Source: an uncultured archaeon
GTDB taxonomy: Archaea; Asgardarchaeota; Heimdallarchaeia; Heimdallarchaeales; Heimdallarchaeaceae
DNA length: 30,342 nt
Assembly: GCA_964534625.1 (NCBI GenBank)
Contig: CAZHRF010000039.1
Coordinates: forward strand, 1 to 30,342
Reading direction: 5' to 3'
Part shown: positions 1-9,316 of the stretch, one piece after another
How positions within the stretch are numbered: position 1 is the first letter of the stretch
Layout: each line of letters opens with the position of its first letter
Position numbers and translations under genes: made by a program
Notes under the pieces: generated by a model
Seen by the model: only the letters and a program-made list of their open reading frames with translations
Database searches by the model: none
Told to the model about the DNA's origin: nothing

Positions 1-75
1 GAGGAATTAAAAAACTATCTTTTGTCTAAAGGAGTTAAAATGAGGATTGAAACAGATCATCGGTACCTTGAATGA
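1..75 (+). CDS. 3' end of an unidentified CDS entering from the left edge (EELKNYLLSKGVKMRIETDHRYLE*)
   Basis: Frame +1 is open from base 1 to TGA 73-75. The same frame continues open to TAG 199-201. Confidence 0.4.
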   Translation, partial: EELKNYLLSKGVKMRIETDHRYLE

Positions 76-250
76 ATAATCACTAAGTCTACAAATAGAA
101 TACAACTAATAAAAGAAGTGGATTTTATGAATAATCTATCAAGTTTAAGCGTATATGAATATGGTTGGAAAAAAAGTATAGAAAAGAGAACAAAACTATA
201 GATCCATTCTATTTTTGGTTGTTTTTCTGTTTTCTATGGGTTATGTGTAT

Positions 251-451
251 TTATTTAGCCAAAATGACGTCATTGGCTTGAGGTCCTTTGAAGCTTTGTT
301 CTAGAGTGAATTCTACATCATCTCCTTCGTTTAAATCTTCGAAGAAACCATTAACTTGGGAACGATGGAAGAAAATATCGTCTTCTTCAGCATCTGTTTC
401 AATGAAACCGTATCCCTTATGGGTTAGTAATCTTTTGATTGATCCTTGCAT
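251..451 (-). CDS. cspA: Cold-shock domain protein
   Basis: 66 aa with RNP1 KGYGFI, RNP2 DIFFH and C-terminal KGPQANDV. GAGGT SD-like motif upstream. Confidence 0.93.
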   Translation of the reverse strand: MQGSIKRLLTHKGYGFIETDAEEDDIFFHRSQVNGFFEDLNEGDDVEFTLEQSFKGPQANDVILAK

Positions 452-710
452 ATCTATTTACCTCCTTAGTATTTTTTCACTTTAAAGAGTGTGATTTTCT
501 TATAAATAATCGTAAAACAGCATATGTTTGAAGTGCTTGTGAAACAATAAACTTTAACTATCTACTACGTATTTACTTATACTTGTACTCAAAAAGGGGG
601 ATATTTAAGTCCATGCATAGCAAAGATATACTATTCAACTATTGAATGGATTTGCTAAATATATTTTTAATCTTACAAAAAACATATTAAGAAATATAGG
701 GAAAAAAGGC

Positions 711-2243
711 TTATTGATCAGAATCTTTTCCCAATCTTGTTTTTCTCTTTTCCTCATGAATTAAAGCTAGTTCTTTTCTCATCTTTTTAAGTGCCTTTTT
801 ATCTAAGGGATACCAGGTCCATGAAATAATACCCAGTAACGCAACGATTCCTCCAAACAAGAAAACTGCTGCAGCGACACCAATTGTAGCCATATCAAAT
901 CCTTTTACTTGTTTTAAGGCTGTATCAATATGGTCTTCAGGATTGGCTGGAACAAGACCAAAAGCAGCAATAATCCAAGTAACTCCAGCTATAGCTACAG
1001 AAATCATAGGCTTAGAAAAAACGCAACCTACTCCAGCATAGATACTTTCTCGTCGTTCGCCTGTCGTTAATTCATCATAGTCAATTGTATCTGAACGCAT
1101 GACTTCATGGAATAAGAAATCTCCCGGGATGCCAAACCATACAATTGCGAAACCGATAGCTATCAACCATAAATTTGAAGGAACAACGTATTTATCTGGT
1201 GTTAAATTAGTACTCATTAATACAGCAAAAAAGGTAATAAAACAACCCACAGCTTCTGCAAACAATGATATAAACAACGCTTTTTTGACATCATAAGTCC
1301 TACCTACCCAAAGTAAGAAAGGAACACTAATAAAAAGGGCAACTATGGAAGGGGCAAGATAAGGTAACGCGTCTATAAATCCCCAATTTTCTACTGGATC
1401 TAAAGGATTACCCAAACCGAAAAGCCATTGGAAAAGAAACACTATGCCTGTTATCATGATGTTAATAAAACCAACACTAAAACCGTCATAGAGAATATAA
1501 ATACGACCAGAAGGATTTTTGAAGACAAGCTTAATTGATTCCCAGATCCCATATACTTTTTCAGGAATAAATTCTCTATGTTCTTTTATAGTCCGTACGA
1601 CTAATACCCATGGTATGACCGAAACAATTCCAATAATAATTACCACAATCTGGAAAGAGCGAATCATTGCTGGGTCTTGCATATCGCTTAGGAAAATAAT
1701 TGGTATAGCCATAGCTATTGCCCAACTTGATACGGTCATCAATGATTTCAAACCATTTACTTGTGTTCGTTCTTTTTGATTCATTGTCATTTGAGGTAAT
1801 AGTGAAACATGTGCAATGAAGATGGTAGTATAAAACGTATCATAAAACATTTGAGTAACTAAATACCATGCAGCCATTGCTAATTGGAATTGATTGCCTG
1901 CTACTTGATTACGCCATCCTTGAGGGGGAATGAAGACAAGAATAAATGCTACAGAAAGAGGGATCATGCTCCATTTTATCCAAGGAATGTATCTGCCCTG
2001 AGGTGTCCGGGTACGATCTTGTAATATAGCAAATAAAGGATCATTGATTACATTCCATAGAGCATATAATACTTGTGATACAACTATATACTGCCATTGA
2101 AGCCCCATCCATGCATACCAAAACAGCTGAATCTGTCCAAGAATGCTGGCAAAAAAACCTCCAGGTATTTGTGCTACTGAATAAATTAACTTTTCTTTGA
2201 ATGATAAGAAATGTGTTTCACCAGTTTGAACTAATTGAGCCAT
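711..2243 (-). CDS. MFS transporter, glycoside-pentoside-hexuronide (MelB/GPH) family
   Basis: About 12 TM segments. Motifs NDPL..LQDRTRTPQGRYIPW and DTIDYDELTTGERRES are typical of GPH. Confidence 0.88.
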   Translation of the reverse strand: MAQLVQTGETHFLSFKEKLIYSVAQIPGGFFASILGQIQLFWYAWMGLQWQYIVVSQVLYALWNVINDPLFAILQDRTRTPQGRYIPWIKWSMIPLSVAFILVFIPPQGWRNQVAGNQFQLAMAAWYLVTQMFYDTFYTTIFIAHVSLLPQMTMNQKERTQVNGLKSLMTVSSWAIAMAIPIIFLSDMQDPAMIRSFQIVVIIIGIVSVIPWVLVVRTIKEHREFIPEKVYGIWESIKLVFKNPSGRIYILYDGFSVGFINIMITGIVFLFQWLFGLGNPLDPVENWGFIDALPYLAPSIVALFISVPFLLWVGRTYDVKKALFISLFAEAVGCFITFFAVLMSTNLTPDKYVVPSNLWLIAIGFAIVWFGIPGDFLFHEVMRSDTIDYDELTTGERRESIYAGVGCVFSKPMISVAIAGVTWIIAAFGLVPANPEDHIDTALKQVKGFDMATIGVAAAVFLFGGIVALLGIISWTWYPLDKKALKKMRKELALIHEEKRKTRLGKDSDQ

Positions 2244-2569
2244 AAACTTGTTTTTGATAATTTTTTATAAACTTTCTCTATTTTTGTTATAATACAAAGT
2301 TAAACAACGTGATATCATATCTCAATGAAGGACTGGAAAGAAATGTAATTTTCATTTAATCACCACGAAAATGGTAAACATGGCGTTTTTTAGGCGAATA
2401 TTATAGTACTATAGCATATAAGCGTTATTAAATTCAACAAATATTTATTTTTATCAGACAAAAGAAGGTATTTTTATATTTTAAGGTTTGAAAAAGAAAC
2501 CATTCAAAAGCCACTCTAGTATCTTAAAGTGAGAGATGAGCAGAAAAAAAGAAAAAAGATAAGAAAAAT

Positions 2570-3787
2570 TTACCCTATAGATAATGTTCCAAACACTAAG
2601 AGGAGAGTAAGTACTATCATTATCAATCCCATTGCTATTGCATTCCGCTTAATGTATTGCTCAGGACCGATAGGCAAGCCTGCATAGGATGCACTTTTTG
2701 GAAGTACATCAATCTTTAGCCATTTTCTAAAGTAAATGAATGAACCAATTCCTCCAATTATAACATATCCTATTGATGTGCCACTAATGATAATGATTTC
2801 ATTTAAGCTAAAATCAAACATTGATATTGCTAGAGATGCAACAATACCTGCAATGAAAAAACTAGTAGCAAGGACAAATACTAGATATATAGTCCTATTC
2901 TTGGGTAGCCAGAATTGTAAAAGAGGTTGTCCACAATCAGGACAAGGTACTTGCTCTTGAACATATGATCCTTTAACCTTGTTTCTTTTTACTCTTTTCT
3001 TTTGTTCATTACACGAAGAACACCAATACCCGGGTAATGGTGGTCCATCAAGGATTTCATAAGTTTCATCGGTTTTTAGCGATTGTGTTGATACGGGAGA
3101 TTGCTGAGGGATTGGAGAAACAGTAGGCGATATTTTTCTTACTTGGTTTTCCATTGTTTGTTGTATTATTTCAGGTGTGGCTTTATTATTAAAAGTTAAA
3201 ACAATCAACGGACTCTCAATTTTTAGTACAGCAATACCAAGTAAAATAAGCCCCACAATAAACCATACAGTTGAACTGGCATACAGTTGCGAGCCAGGTT
3301 GTGATAGAAATCTGAGAACAAAATTAAATATTACAGCTATGAAGTGAAAAATTGTAAGATTATTTTCACCGAATGGGTTCAAAATTCCCTTTCTTCTCAT
3401 GAGGAGAATTAAAGGAAAATTGATAAAAACGGATAAAAGCCCTAAACCAAAGTTTAATTTAACATCTAGATCACTGAAAAAAACAAAACCAAACCCCATA
3501 ATCACAAATTCGATAGTAAGAACACCAATAAAAAAGATTTTGAGATAATCAACCATCTTAAAAAAGTAAGGAATTTTTCCTCTTGAAAATTTCAGAATAT
3601 GTTTTTTTGAGTTTACAACATATCCATTCAAAATTTTCCAACCTAGATATTGAATCTCTTGTTGCGAATAACCCAAGTATTCTGCTGATTTTTCTTGGTT
3701 AATTGGTTCTGGTTTATATTTGTTTAAAGGAATCTTGATTTTCGTTTCTAAATATTCATCTTTGGGTGATATAGTTGATGAAGTCAT
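2570..3787 (-). CDS. Hypothetical multi-pass membrane protein with a central zinc ribbon
   Basis: About 4 TM, then a Pro/Ser/Gln linker, CSSC...CPDC, then about 3 TM. Confidence 0.75.
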   Translation of the reverse strand: MTSSTISPKDEYLETKIKIPLNKYKPEPINQEKSAEYLGYSQQEIQYLGWKILNGYVVNSKKHILKFSRGKIPYFFKMVDYLKIFFIGVLTIEFVIMGFGFVFFSDLDVKLNFGLGLLSVFINFPLILLMRRKGILNPFGENNLTIFHFIAVIFNFVLRFLSQPGSQLYASSTVWFIVGLILLGIAVLKIESPLIVLTFNNKATPEIIQQTMENQVRKISPTVSPIPQQSPVSTQSLKTDETYEILDGPPLPGYWCSSCNEQKKRVKRNKVKGSYVQEQVPCPDCGQPLLQFWLPKNRTIYLVFVLATSFFIAGIVASLAISMFDFSLNEIIIISGTSIGYVIIGGIGSFIYFRKWLKIDVLPKSASYAGLPIGPEQYIKRNAIAMGLIMIVLTLLLVFGTLSIG

Positions 3788-4019
3788 TATAACAACTCAA
3801 TTGTGTACTTTGTCAAAAATTCTTTAAATAGTTTATGGGAATCTAATATTTTGGTTATTTAAATCAGCAGAACATATATTGAATTATAATACACATAATT
3901 TTTGATGCCCGGTTCGTTTAAATATTGCAATTGTAATAAGCATTCTAAAAATAAACAAAAAAAGAGCATATTATGCACTTGAATCTACATTTATATATAC
4001 TTGCTTTTATTACTAACTG

Positions 4020-4625
4020 ATGAATTATACGCTAATAAGTATCATACTTTTGATTTATCTTTGTTTCTATATTCTTGTTCATATCCCTTTAGACATTTAT
4101 ATGATGCTTAATAAAGGCGGTTCTGAATATTCTAGACCAGACACTTTATCTTCTTTAGAAATGATTCTTGCGACATTTCCAACATTAATTTTTTGGCTCT
4201 ACTTATTTTTTGTTCCATTTATTTCTTTAATTACACAAACAGATCTCTATACTTCCATTTCTATCAATACCCAGATCAAACTTATTATACAAATACCAGG
4301 CGGAATTATTTTGTTTTATGGCTTAATTGTAGGTTGCTTGGGAAGAATAAGTCGAGGTACATATTTAGTGAAAGAAAAAGCTGAACTTATTACTAGTGGG
4401 GGGCATGCATTAGCTAGACATCCCCAATATCTGTTATATATCTGTGGTTTTATTGCTTTACCCTTACTAACAACTTCAATATGGCTCATTGTTTTATTGC
4501 CAGGAACATATGGTTATTGGATGGCATCAATTAAAGAGGATCAGGCGCTAATTGAACAGTTTGGAGAAGAATATAAAGAGTATATGGAAAAGGTGGGACG
4601 TTTTTCCCCTAAATTCAATTTCTGA
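4020..4625 (+). CDS. Isoprenylcysteine carboxyl methyltransferase / phospholipid methyltransferase family membrane protein
   Basis: LITSG..ARHPQY motif and C-terminal ED..L...FGEEYKEYMEKVGRF. Confidence 0.85.
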   Translation: MNYTLISIILLIYLCFYILVHIPLDIYMMLNKGGSEYSRPDTLSSLEMILATFPTLIFWLYLFFVPFISLITQTDLYTSISINTQIKLIIQIPGGIILFYGLIVGCLGRISRGTYLVKEKAELITSGGHALARHPQYLLYICGFIALPLLTTSIWLIVLLPGTYGYWMASIKEDQALIEQFGEEYKEYMEKVGRFSPKFNF

Positions 4626-4676
4626 CAAGTTCATTAATCAAACACGGAAGAAAAATGCAATTTCTGACAAGTTCAT
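4616..4676. repeat. 19-bp exact direct repeat CAATTTCTGACAAGTTCAT, two copies
   Basis: Copies at 4616-4634 and 4658-4676, between convergent stop codons. Confidence 0.9.
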
Positions 4677-4686
4677 AATCTTTCCG

Positions 4687-6477
4687 TCATCTATCACCTT
4701 TTGTTCTAATGGGGGAGATTATCTCAAAACTATCTACATCAACTAAGCCTTTATCTGTTAATTTTAGATGAGGTATGACAGGTAAAGCAACAAATGCTAA
4801 CGCCATAAATGGTTCATTGATTGAAAGGTTGAGTTTCTGTATTGCATGTTGTAAAGTTTGTTGTTCTTTGATAACTTGTTCAAGTTTTTTTGTACTCATA
4901 ATCCCGCTGAATCCCAAGGGTACTGTGGTAATTTCATCTTTAGTGATTAAAACTTGCCCTCCTCTAATCTTTTTTATTGTTTCAATAGCTTTCAAAATAT
5001 ATTCATAGCTTGTTCCAGTGACAATGAGCTGATGACTATCATGGGCTATCGTACTGGCTAATGCTCCATCTTTAATACCTAAACCTTGGATAAAACTTTT
5101 CCCTATACTTTTTTCACTTGTATGACGATTAAGTACACATATAGGCAAAATATCATTTTTGAGATCTGGTTGAATAAAACCTTGTTTAACGGATAATTCA
5201 GCGACACGTTTTTCAGTAACCAAAGAATGTTCTTTAACGCCAATAACATGTACAGTAACTTTTTGTTTTTTTTCTCCGTCTATTGCAAGTTTTAAGTCAT
5301 TAACATTTGGTATTTCAAGGTTTTTAGTTGTGTTCAAAACACTTTGAGGCAAAGCTACTTTTTTTGTTTTGTATTGTAATTTATGGTTATTATAAATTAT
5401 TTTACCTGAGGCTATAGTAGTGAGTACATTAAAATCTTTCAAATCTTCAAAGATTGTTATATCTGCTTTTTTTCCTGGTGCTATCCCTCCTATCTTATCA
5501 GCCATTTTAAGGTGAGTTGCGGTGTTAATAGTTACCATTTGAATAGCTAAAACAGGATTTATCCCTAATTTTACTAGTTTTTTAAGAGAATAATCAAGAT
5601 GTCCTTTATGCTTAAGATCGCTAGGTGTCCTATCATCAGAGGCTATGAGAATATTTCTAAAATCAATATCTTTTTTCTTTAGTTTAGTGAAAATATTTTC
5701 TAAATCTCGAGCATGAGATCCTTCTCTTACCTGTATTTTCATTCCTAATCGTAATTTTTCTATAACTTCCTCGAAAGATGAACACTCATGATCGGAAGAG
5801 ACACCTGCTGCTATATAAGCGTTTAATTCTTTACCTGTAAGAAGAGGTGCATGCCCTTCAATTAGTTTGTTATATTTTTTCGCGCTGTTAAGTTTCTGCA
5901 TAACTTGTGAATCACCTAGAAAAACCCCCGGATAATTCATCATTTCAGCTAAAGCAAAAATTTCTTTTCGCTTTAATAATTGGTCTATTTTTTCTGCATC
6001 TATTGTAGCACCAGAAGTTTCCATTCCAGGTAAAGAGGGAACACAAGAAGGAGCTTCAATTAGATATCGTATTGGAGCTTCTTTTGCTTCTTGAATAAAA
6101 ACATTGATACCTTCTATACCAGAAACATTAGCCAATTCATGGGGATCAACTACAACTGTTGTAGTGCCATGAGGAATAATAGCCTTGGTAAATTCAGTAA
6201 TAGAAAGCATACTTGATTCTACATGGATATGTGATTCAATTAATCCAGGACTAACATAGTTCCCCTTAGCATCAATAGTGAGTGTATCTTTACCTTGAAA
6301 TTCATGGCTGTTTTTGCCTAAATAAACAATTACATCGTCACAAATAACAATATCAGAATCTAGGATTTCACATGTATAAACATTGATCAATTTGCCATTT
6401 TTAATGATCAAAGAAGCATCGTTTTTTGCCATCGCACAATCAATAATCTTTCTAGTATTAAATGAAGAATTTATCAT
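4687..6477 (-). CDS. ade: Adenine deaminase
   Basis: PGLIESHIHVESS, DPHELANV, LAEMMNYPGV, EGHAP, SDHE, REGS, IAHDSH and LPVIPHLKLTDKGL motifs. ATG 6477 preferred over the track start at 6498. Confidence 0.95.
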   Translation of the reverse strand: MINSSFNTRKIIDCAMAKNDASLIIKNGKLINVYTCEILDSDIVICDDVIVYLGKNSHEFQGKDTLTIDAKGNYVSPGLIESHIHVESSMLSITEFTKAIIPHGTTTVVVDPHELANVSGIEGINVFIQEAKEAPIRYLIEAPSCVPSLPGMETSGATIDAEKIDQLLKRKEIFALAEMMNYPGVFLGDSQVMQKLNSAKKYNKLIEGHAPLLTGKELNAYIAAGVSSDHECSSFEEVIEKLRLGMKIQVREGSHARDLENIFTKLKKKDIDFRNILIASDDRTPSDLKHKGHLDYSLKKLVKLGINPVLAIQMVTINTATHLKMADKIGGIAPGKKADITIFEDLKDFNVLTTIASGKIIYNNHKLQYKTKKVALPQSVLNTTKNLEIPNVNDLKLAIDGEKKQKVTVHVIGVKEHSLVTEKRVAELSVKQGFIQPDLKNDILPICVLNRHTSEKSIGKSFIQGLGIKDGALASTIAHDSHQLIVTGTSYEYILKAIETIKKIRGGQVLITKDEITTVPLGFSGIMSTKKLEQVIKEQQTLQHAIQKLNLSINEPFMALAFVALPVIPHLKLTDKGLVDVDSFEIISPIRTKGDR

Positions 6478-6525
6478 AATCAAAAGATGAATGTACAAAT
6501 ATTAAAAGATAATGTATAAAATAGA

Positions 6526-6634
6526 TAGTACTTCCGAAATAGTGCTTTGCTACTATAATTTCGGTAATGAAATAGGCAAAGATGCGTTTTAAATGAATAA
6601 AATCTTTAATATTTACGTTAATTCGGAAGTACTA
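6526..6634. mobile_element. MITE, copy 1 (109 bp)
   Basis: Perfect 13-bp TIR TAGTACTTCCGAA (6526-6538 and 6622-6634), flanked by a 5-bp direct repeat ATAGA (6521-6525 and 6635-6639). Homologous to 20424-20531 in the opposite orientation. Confidence 0.88.
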
Positions 6635-6796
6635 ATAGAATAAAAAGACTAATGTAATCACATTTCCAGCCATTCACTTTCTTTTTTTCTTCTTCTCTCT
6701 TTATATTTATCCTTTTAGTTAAAAAACCAATTAGAAATAGTCTTCATAAAAAAGTAAAATGATAGGATTTAAAAAACACAACACAAAAGTTAATGA

Positions 6797-7309
6797 GTGA
6801 TTATTTTGAAAGATGCTTTAGAATTACTAAAAAATAGAAGAAGTATAAGAAAATACAAATCCAAATCCGTCGAAGAGGAAAAAATCAATAAATGTCTTGA
6901 AGCTGCTAGGTGGGCACCATCAGCATCGAATAAGCAACCTTGGGAATTTTTAATAGTTAAAGATAAAAAGAAAAGAGATAAACTTGCAACACTCCATCCT
7001 TATGCAAAGTTTATAAAAGAAAGTCCTGTTGTTTTTATTCCTCTGACTGATCCTAATATTCATAAAAAATATCATCATGCGGATACAGCTTTAGCTACCC
7101 TACAGTATATGATTGAAGCCCATAGTTTGGGATTAGGTACATGCTGGGCAGGAGTAATAGACTCTTCTATTGAAGAGGAGATTAAGAAAGAATTAAAGGT
7201 ACCTGAACATTTACATGTCTTAGGCCTTGTAGCTACCGGGTATGCTGATGAAGAACCAGAAAAAACACGAAAGCCTTTAGATGACTTAGTTCATTGGGAA
7301 GAATATTAA
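6797..7309 (+). CDS. Nitroreductase family protein
   Basis: RRSIRKY, AARWAPSASNKQPWEF and AHSLGLGTCW motifs. Confidence 0.93.
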   Translation: MIILKDALELLKNRRSIRKYKSKSVEEEKINKCLEAARWAPSASNKQPWEFLIVKDKKKRDKLATLHPYAKFIKESPVVFIPLTDPNIHKKYHHADTALATLQYMIEAHSLGLGTCWAGVIDSSIEEEIKKELKVPEHLHVLGLVATGYADEEPEKTRKPLDDLVHWEEY

Positions 7310-7510
7310 GATGAACTATGAAAGTTCTCTTCACTTTTTTAATATTTTTTGAAAATTAAAGATTCCATACAAGAAGCTTACAATACGTAATCTCAACCAT
7401 TCTACATCAAATTGCACTAGATAAAATAAATATAACCATTTTGTGCTGTAATTACAAGAAAAAAAGAAAATAAAAAATACAATACAAGGAAATATTCGCT
7501 TTTATAGTAT

Positions 7511-7996
7511 TTATTCTTCCTCTCGTTTAACGTGATGATCAAATTGGAAGTCGTTTCTATATCCTTTATACATGTCTACTAAACCTGAAGAACTGGCTTC
7601 TTCTTCTACTTGTTCTTCAAGGAACCAAAGTAATAAGGATAGTGTCTCATATTCTCCTTCCTCTTGGGCTAATTTATAGAGTCCTTTAATTTTATTTGTA
7701 ATGTACACTTCATGTTCATAGGCTGCTTCTAGAATTTCTAAAATATTTTCCCAGTCTTGCTTTTGTTCTGAAATAGTAGGCCATTTAACATGTCCCCCTC
7801 TTTCAATTATTTCATGAGCAAACTTCTCTGCATGTTCATATTCCTCTTTTGCTTGTTCATCAAACCAATGAGCTAGATTATTCAAGCTTCTTTCTGCTAA
7901 CCAAGTACTCATACCTATATAGATGTAGGCAGACTCTAGTTCTTCTCGTATCTGTTCATTCAGCGCATTTTCTAAATTTTTATTAATTTCGGGCAT
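7511..7996 (-). CDS. ftnA: Ferritin (non-heme, FtnA type)
   Basis: LNEQIREELESAYIY, EEYEHA, AYEHEVYIT and WFLEEQVEEE ferroxidase motifs. Confidence 0.93.
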   Translation of the reverse strand: MPEINKNLENALNEQIREELESAYIYIGMSTWLAERSLNNLAHWFDEQAKEEYEHAEKFAHEIIERGGHVKWPTISEQKQDWENILEILEAAYEHEVYITNKIKGLYKLAQEEGEYETLSLLLWFLEEQVEEEASSSGLVDMYKGYRNDFQFDHHVKREEE

Positions 7997-8168
7997 ATTT
8001 TTTTACTCTCCGATCTATCGTTGTTATGTTACGACAAATTTGTTGTCAATATATATCATTGAATTATAATTTAAAAAAGCTCTCATGTAACAACTTTAAG
8101 ATAGAATAAGAATTGATTAATCCATACATTTAAATAAATTTTTTATTGTCTTTATACGGTGTTTCAAG

Positions 8169-8666
8169 ATGGGCACACACGGAAGAAAAATTGTAAAAGA
8201 TTTAAACATAGACGAAGTAATTGAACAGTTAAACAAAGCTCTAGCTGATGAATGGCTTGCTTACTACCAATATTGGACAGGAGCTAAAGTCGTTGAAGGG
8301 CCAATGAGTGGAGCGCTAATAGGTGAACTTGAAGAACATGCTGCAGATGAATTACGTCATGCTGGTATGTTAGTTGAGCGGATCATCCAGTTGGGTGGAA
8401 AGCCATTATTGAAACCTAGTGACTGGGATGAAAAAACTAACTGCGGATATGAAGTTCCTGAAGATTTCTTTGTCAAAGCAATTTTAAAACAAAATATCAA
8501 AGGAGAACAATGTGCTATTGATATATATCAAAAAATAGCTGAAATGACCTTTGGTAAAGATGTACTTACTTATAACATGGTCGTTGAAATACTTGAAGAT
8601 GAAGTTGAGCATGAAGAAGATCTAGAAGTTATGCTTGATGATTTCAACATGATGAAAAAATTGTAA
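8169..8666 (+). CDS. DPS-like (DPSL, thioferritin) ferritin-superfamily protein
   Basis: LNKALADEWLAYYQYW, DELRHA..LVERIIQLGG, Cys pair in NCGY and EQCAI, and EDEVEHE. Confidence 0.88.
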   Translation: MGTHGRKIVKDLNIDEVIEQLNKALADEWLAYYQYWTGAKVVEGPMSGALIGELEEHAADELRHAGMLVERIIQLGGKPLLKPSDWDEKTNCGYEVPEDFFVKAILKQNIKGEQCAIDIYQKIAEMTFGKDVLTYNMVVEILEDEVEHEEDLEVMLDDFNMMKKL

Positions 8667-8802
8667 AATAAGCTAAATTTAACCCTATTTTTTATTTTTT
8701 GTTTTTATCTGTTTTCTTTTGTGAATATAGATTTGCTGGTACTTTTTAGTAGTTGGGTTTTAATTATTACTGAAATCTAAAATGATACATTAAGAAATTA
8801 AA

Positions 8803-8939
8803 AAAACCCGCTGGTGAAAAGGTCACCTATCCCAGAGTTGGCTTTTTTGATCACAAAAAAATAAAAAGATATAAAACCTCGCTGGTGACAAGTCACCTAT
8901 CCCAAAGTAAGCTTTTTTGATCACAAGAAAATAAAAAAG
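8803..8939. repeat. ~70-bp imperfect tandem repeat (two copies), each with a GGTGA...TCACC hairpin
   Basis: Copies at 8803-8868 and 8873-8939 share cgctggtga-n-gtcacctatccca-n-gcttttttgatcacaa-n-aaaataaaaa. Confidence 0.9.
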
Positions 8940-8989
8940 TTACAAAAGAGAAAAGGATATATTAATGGTTAAATGGTAAAAGAAATTGT

Positions 8990-9184
8990 TTAGCTCCCAA
9001 TAAAGCCCATCTTCACTTATCGTATCTTATGTCTTTTCTTCAAGCAAATAATTCTCTGGCTTTCTTTTCGTAAGAGTTTTTCCATTTTAGCATATTGCAG
9101 AAAATATTTAATAGAAGATTGGAATTCAGTCATAACAGATTTATTTAGCATTTCTACATATTCTTTTCTAGCTTTAAATCTCAT
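8990..9184 (-). pseudogene. Truncated, frameshifted bacterioferritin-like remnant
   Basis: ATG 9184 reads MRFKARKEYVEMLNKSVMTEFQSSIKYFLQYAKMEKLLRKE, resembling ferritin helix A (LN....E.Q...QY). The frame stops at 9017. The adjacent frame reads PENYLLEEKT*DTISE. Confidence 0.6.
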
Positions 9185-9316
9185 AAATTTACAATGATTA
9201 TTCTTGTAATAAATTTGTGAACAATAAAATGATAGTACATTCTTTTATTTTTTTATTTCTGATAGATACTTCATTCAAGGAAAAACTTTAATTTTATCTA
9301 TAGTGTTTTAAATATA

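Noticed and set aside
73-201. Selenocysteine recoding of the in-frame TGA
   Set aside because: No redox-motif context and no recognisable SECIS-like hairpin nearby.
4616-8939. Mini-CRISPR reading of the 19-bp repeat (4616-4676) or the 70-bp repeat (8803-8939)
   Set aside because: Each has only two units, with the wrong repeat/spacer geometry, and there are no cas genes in the window.
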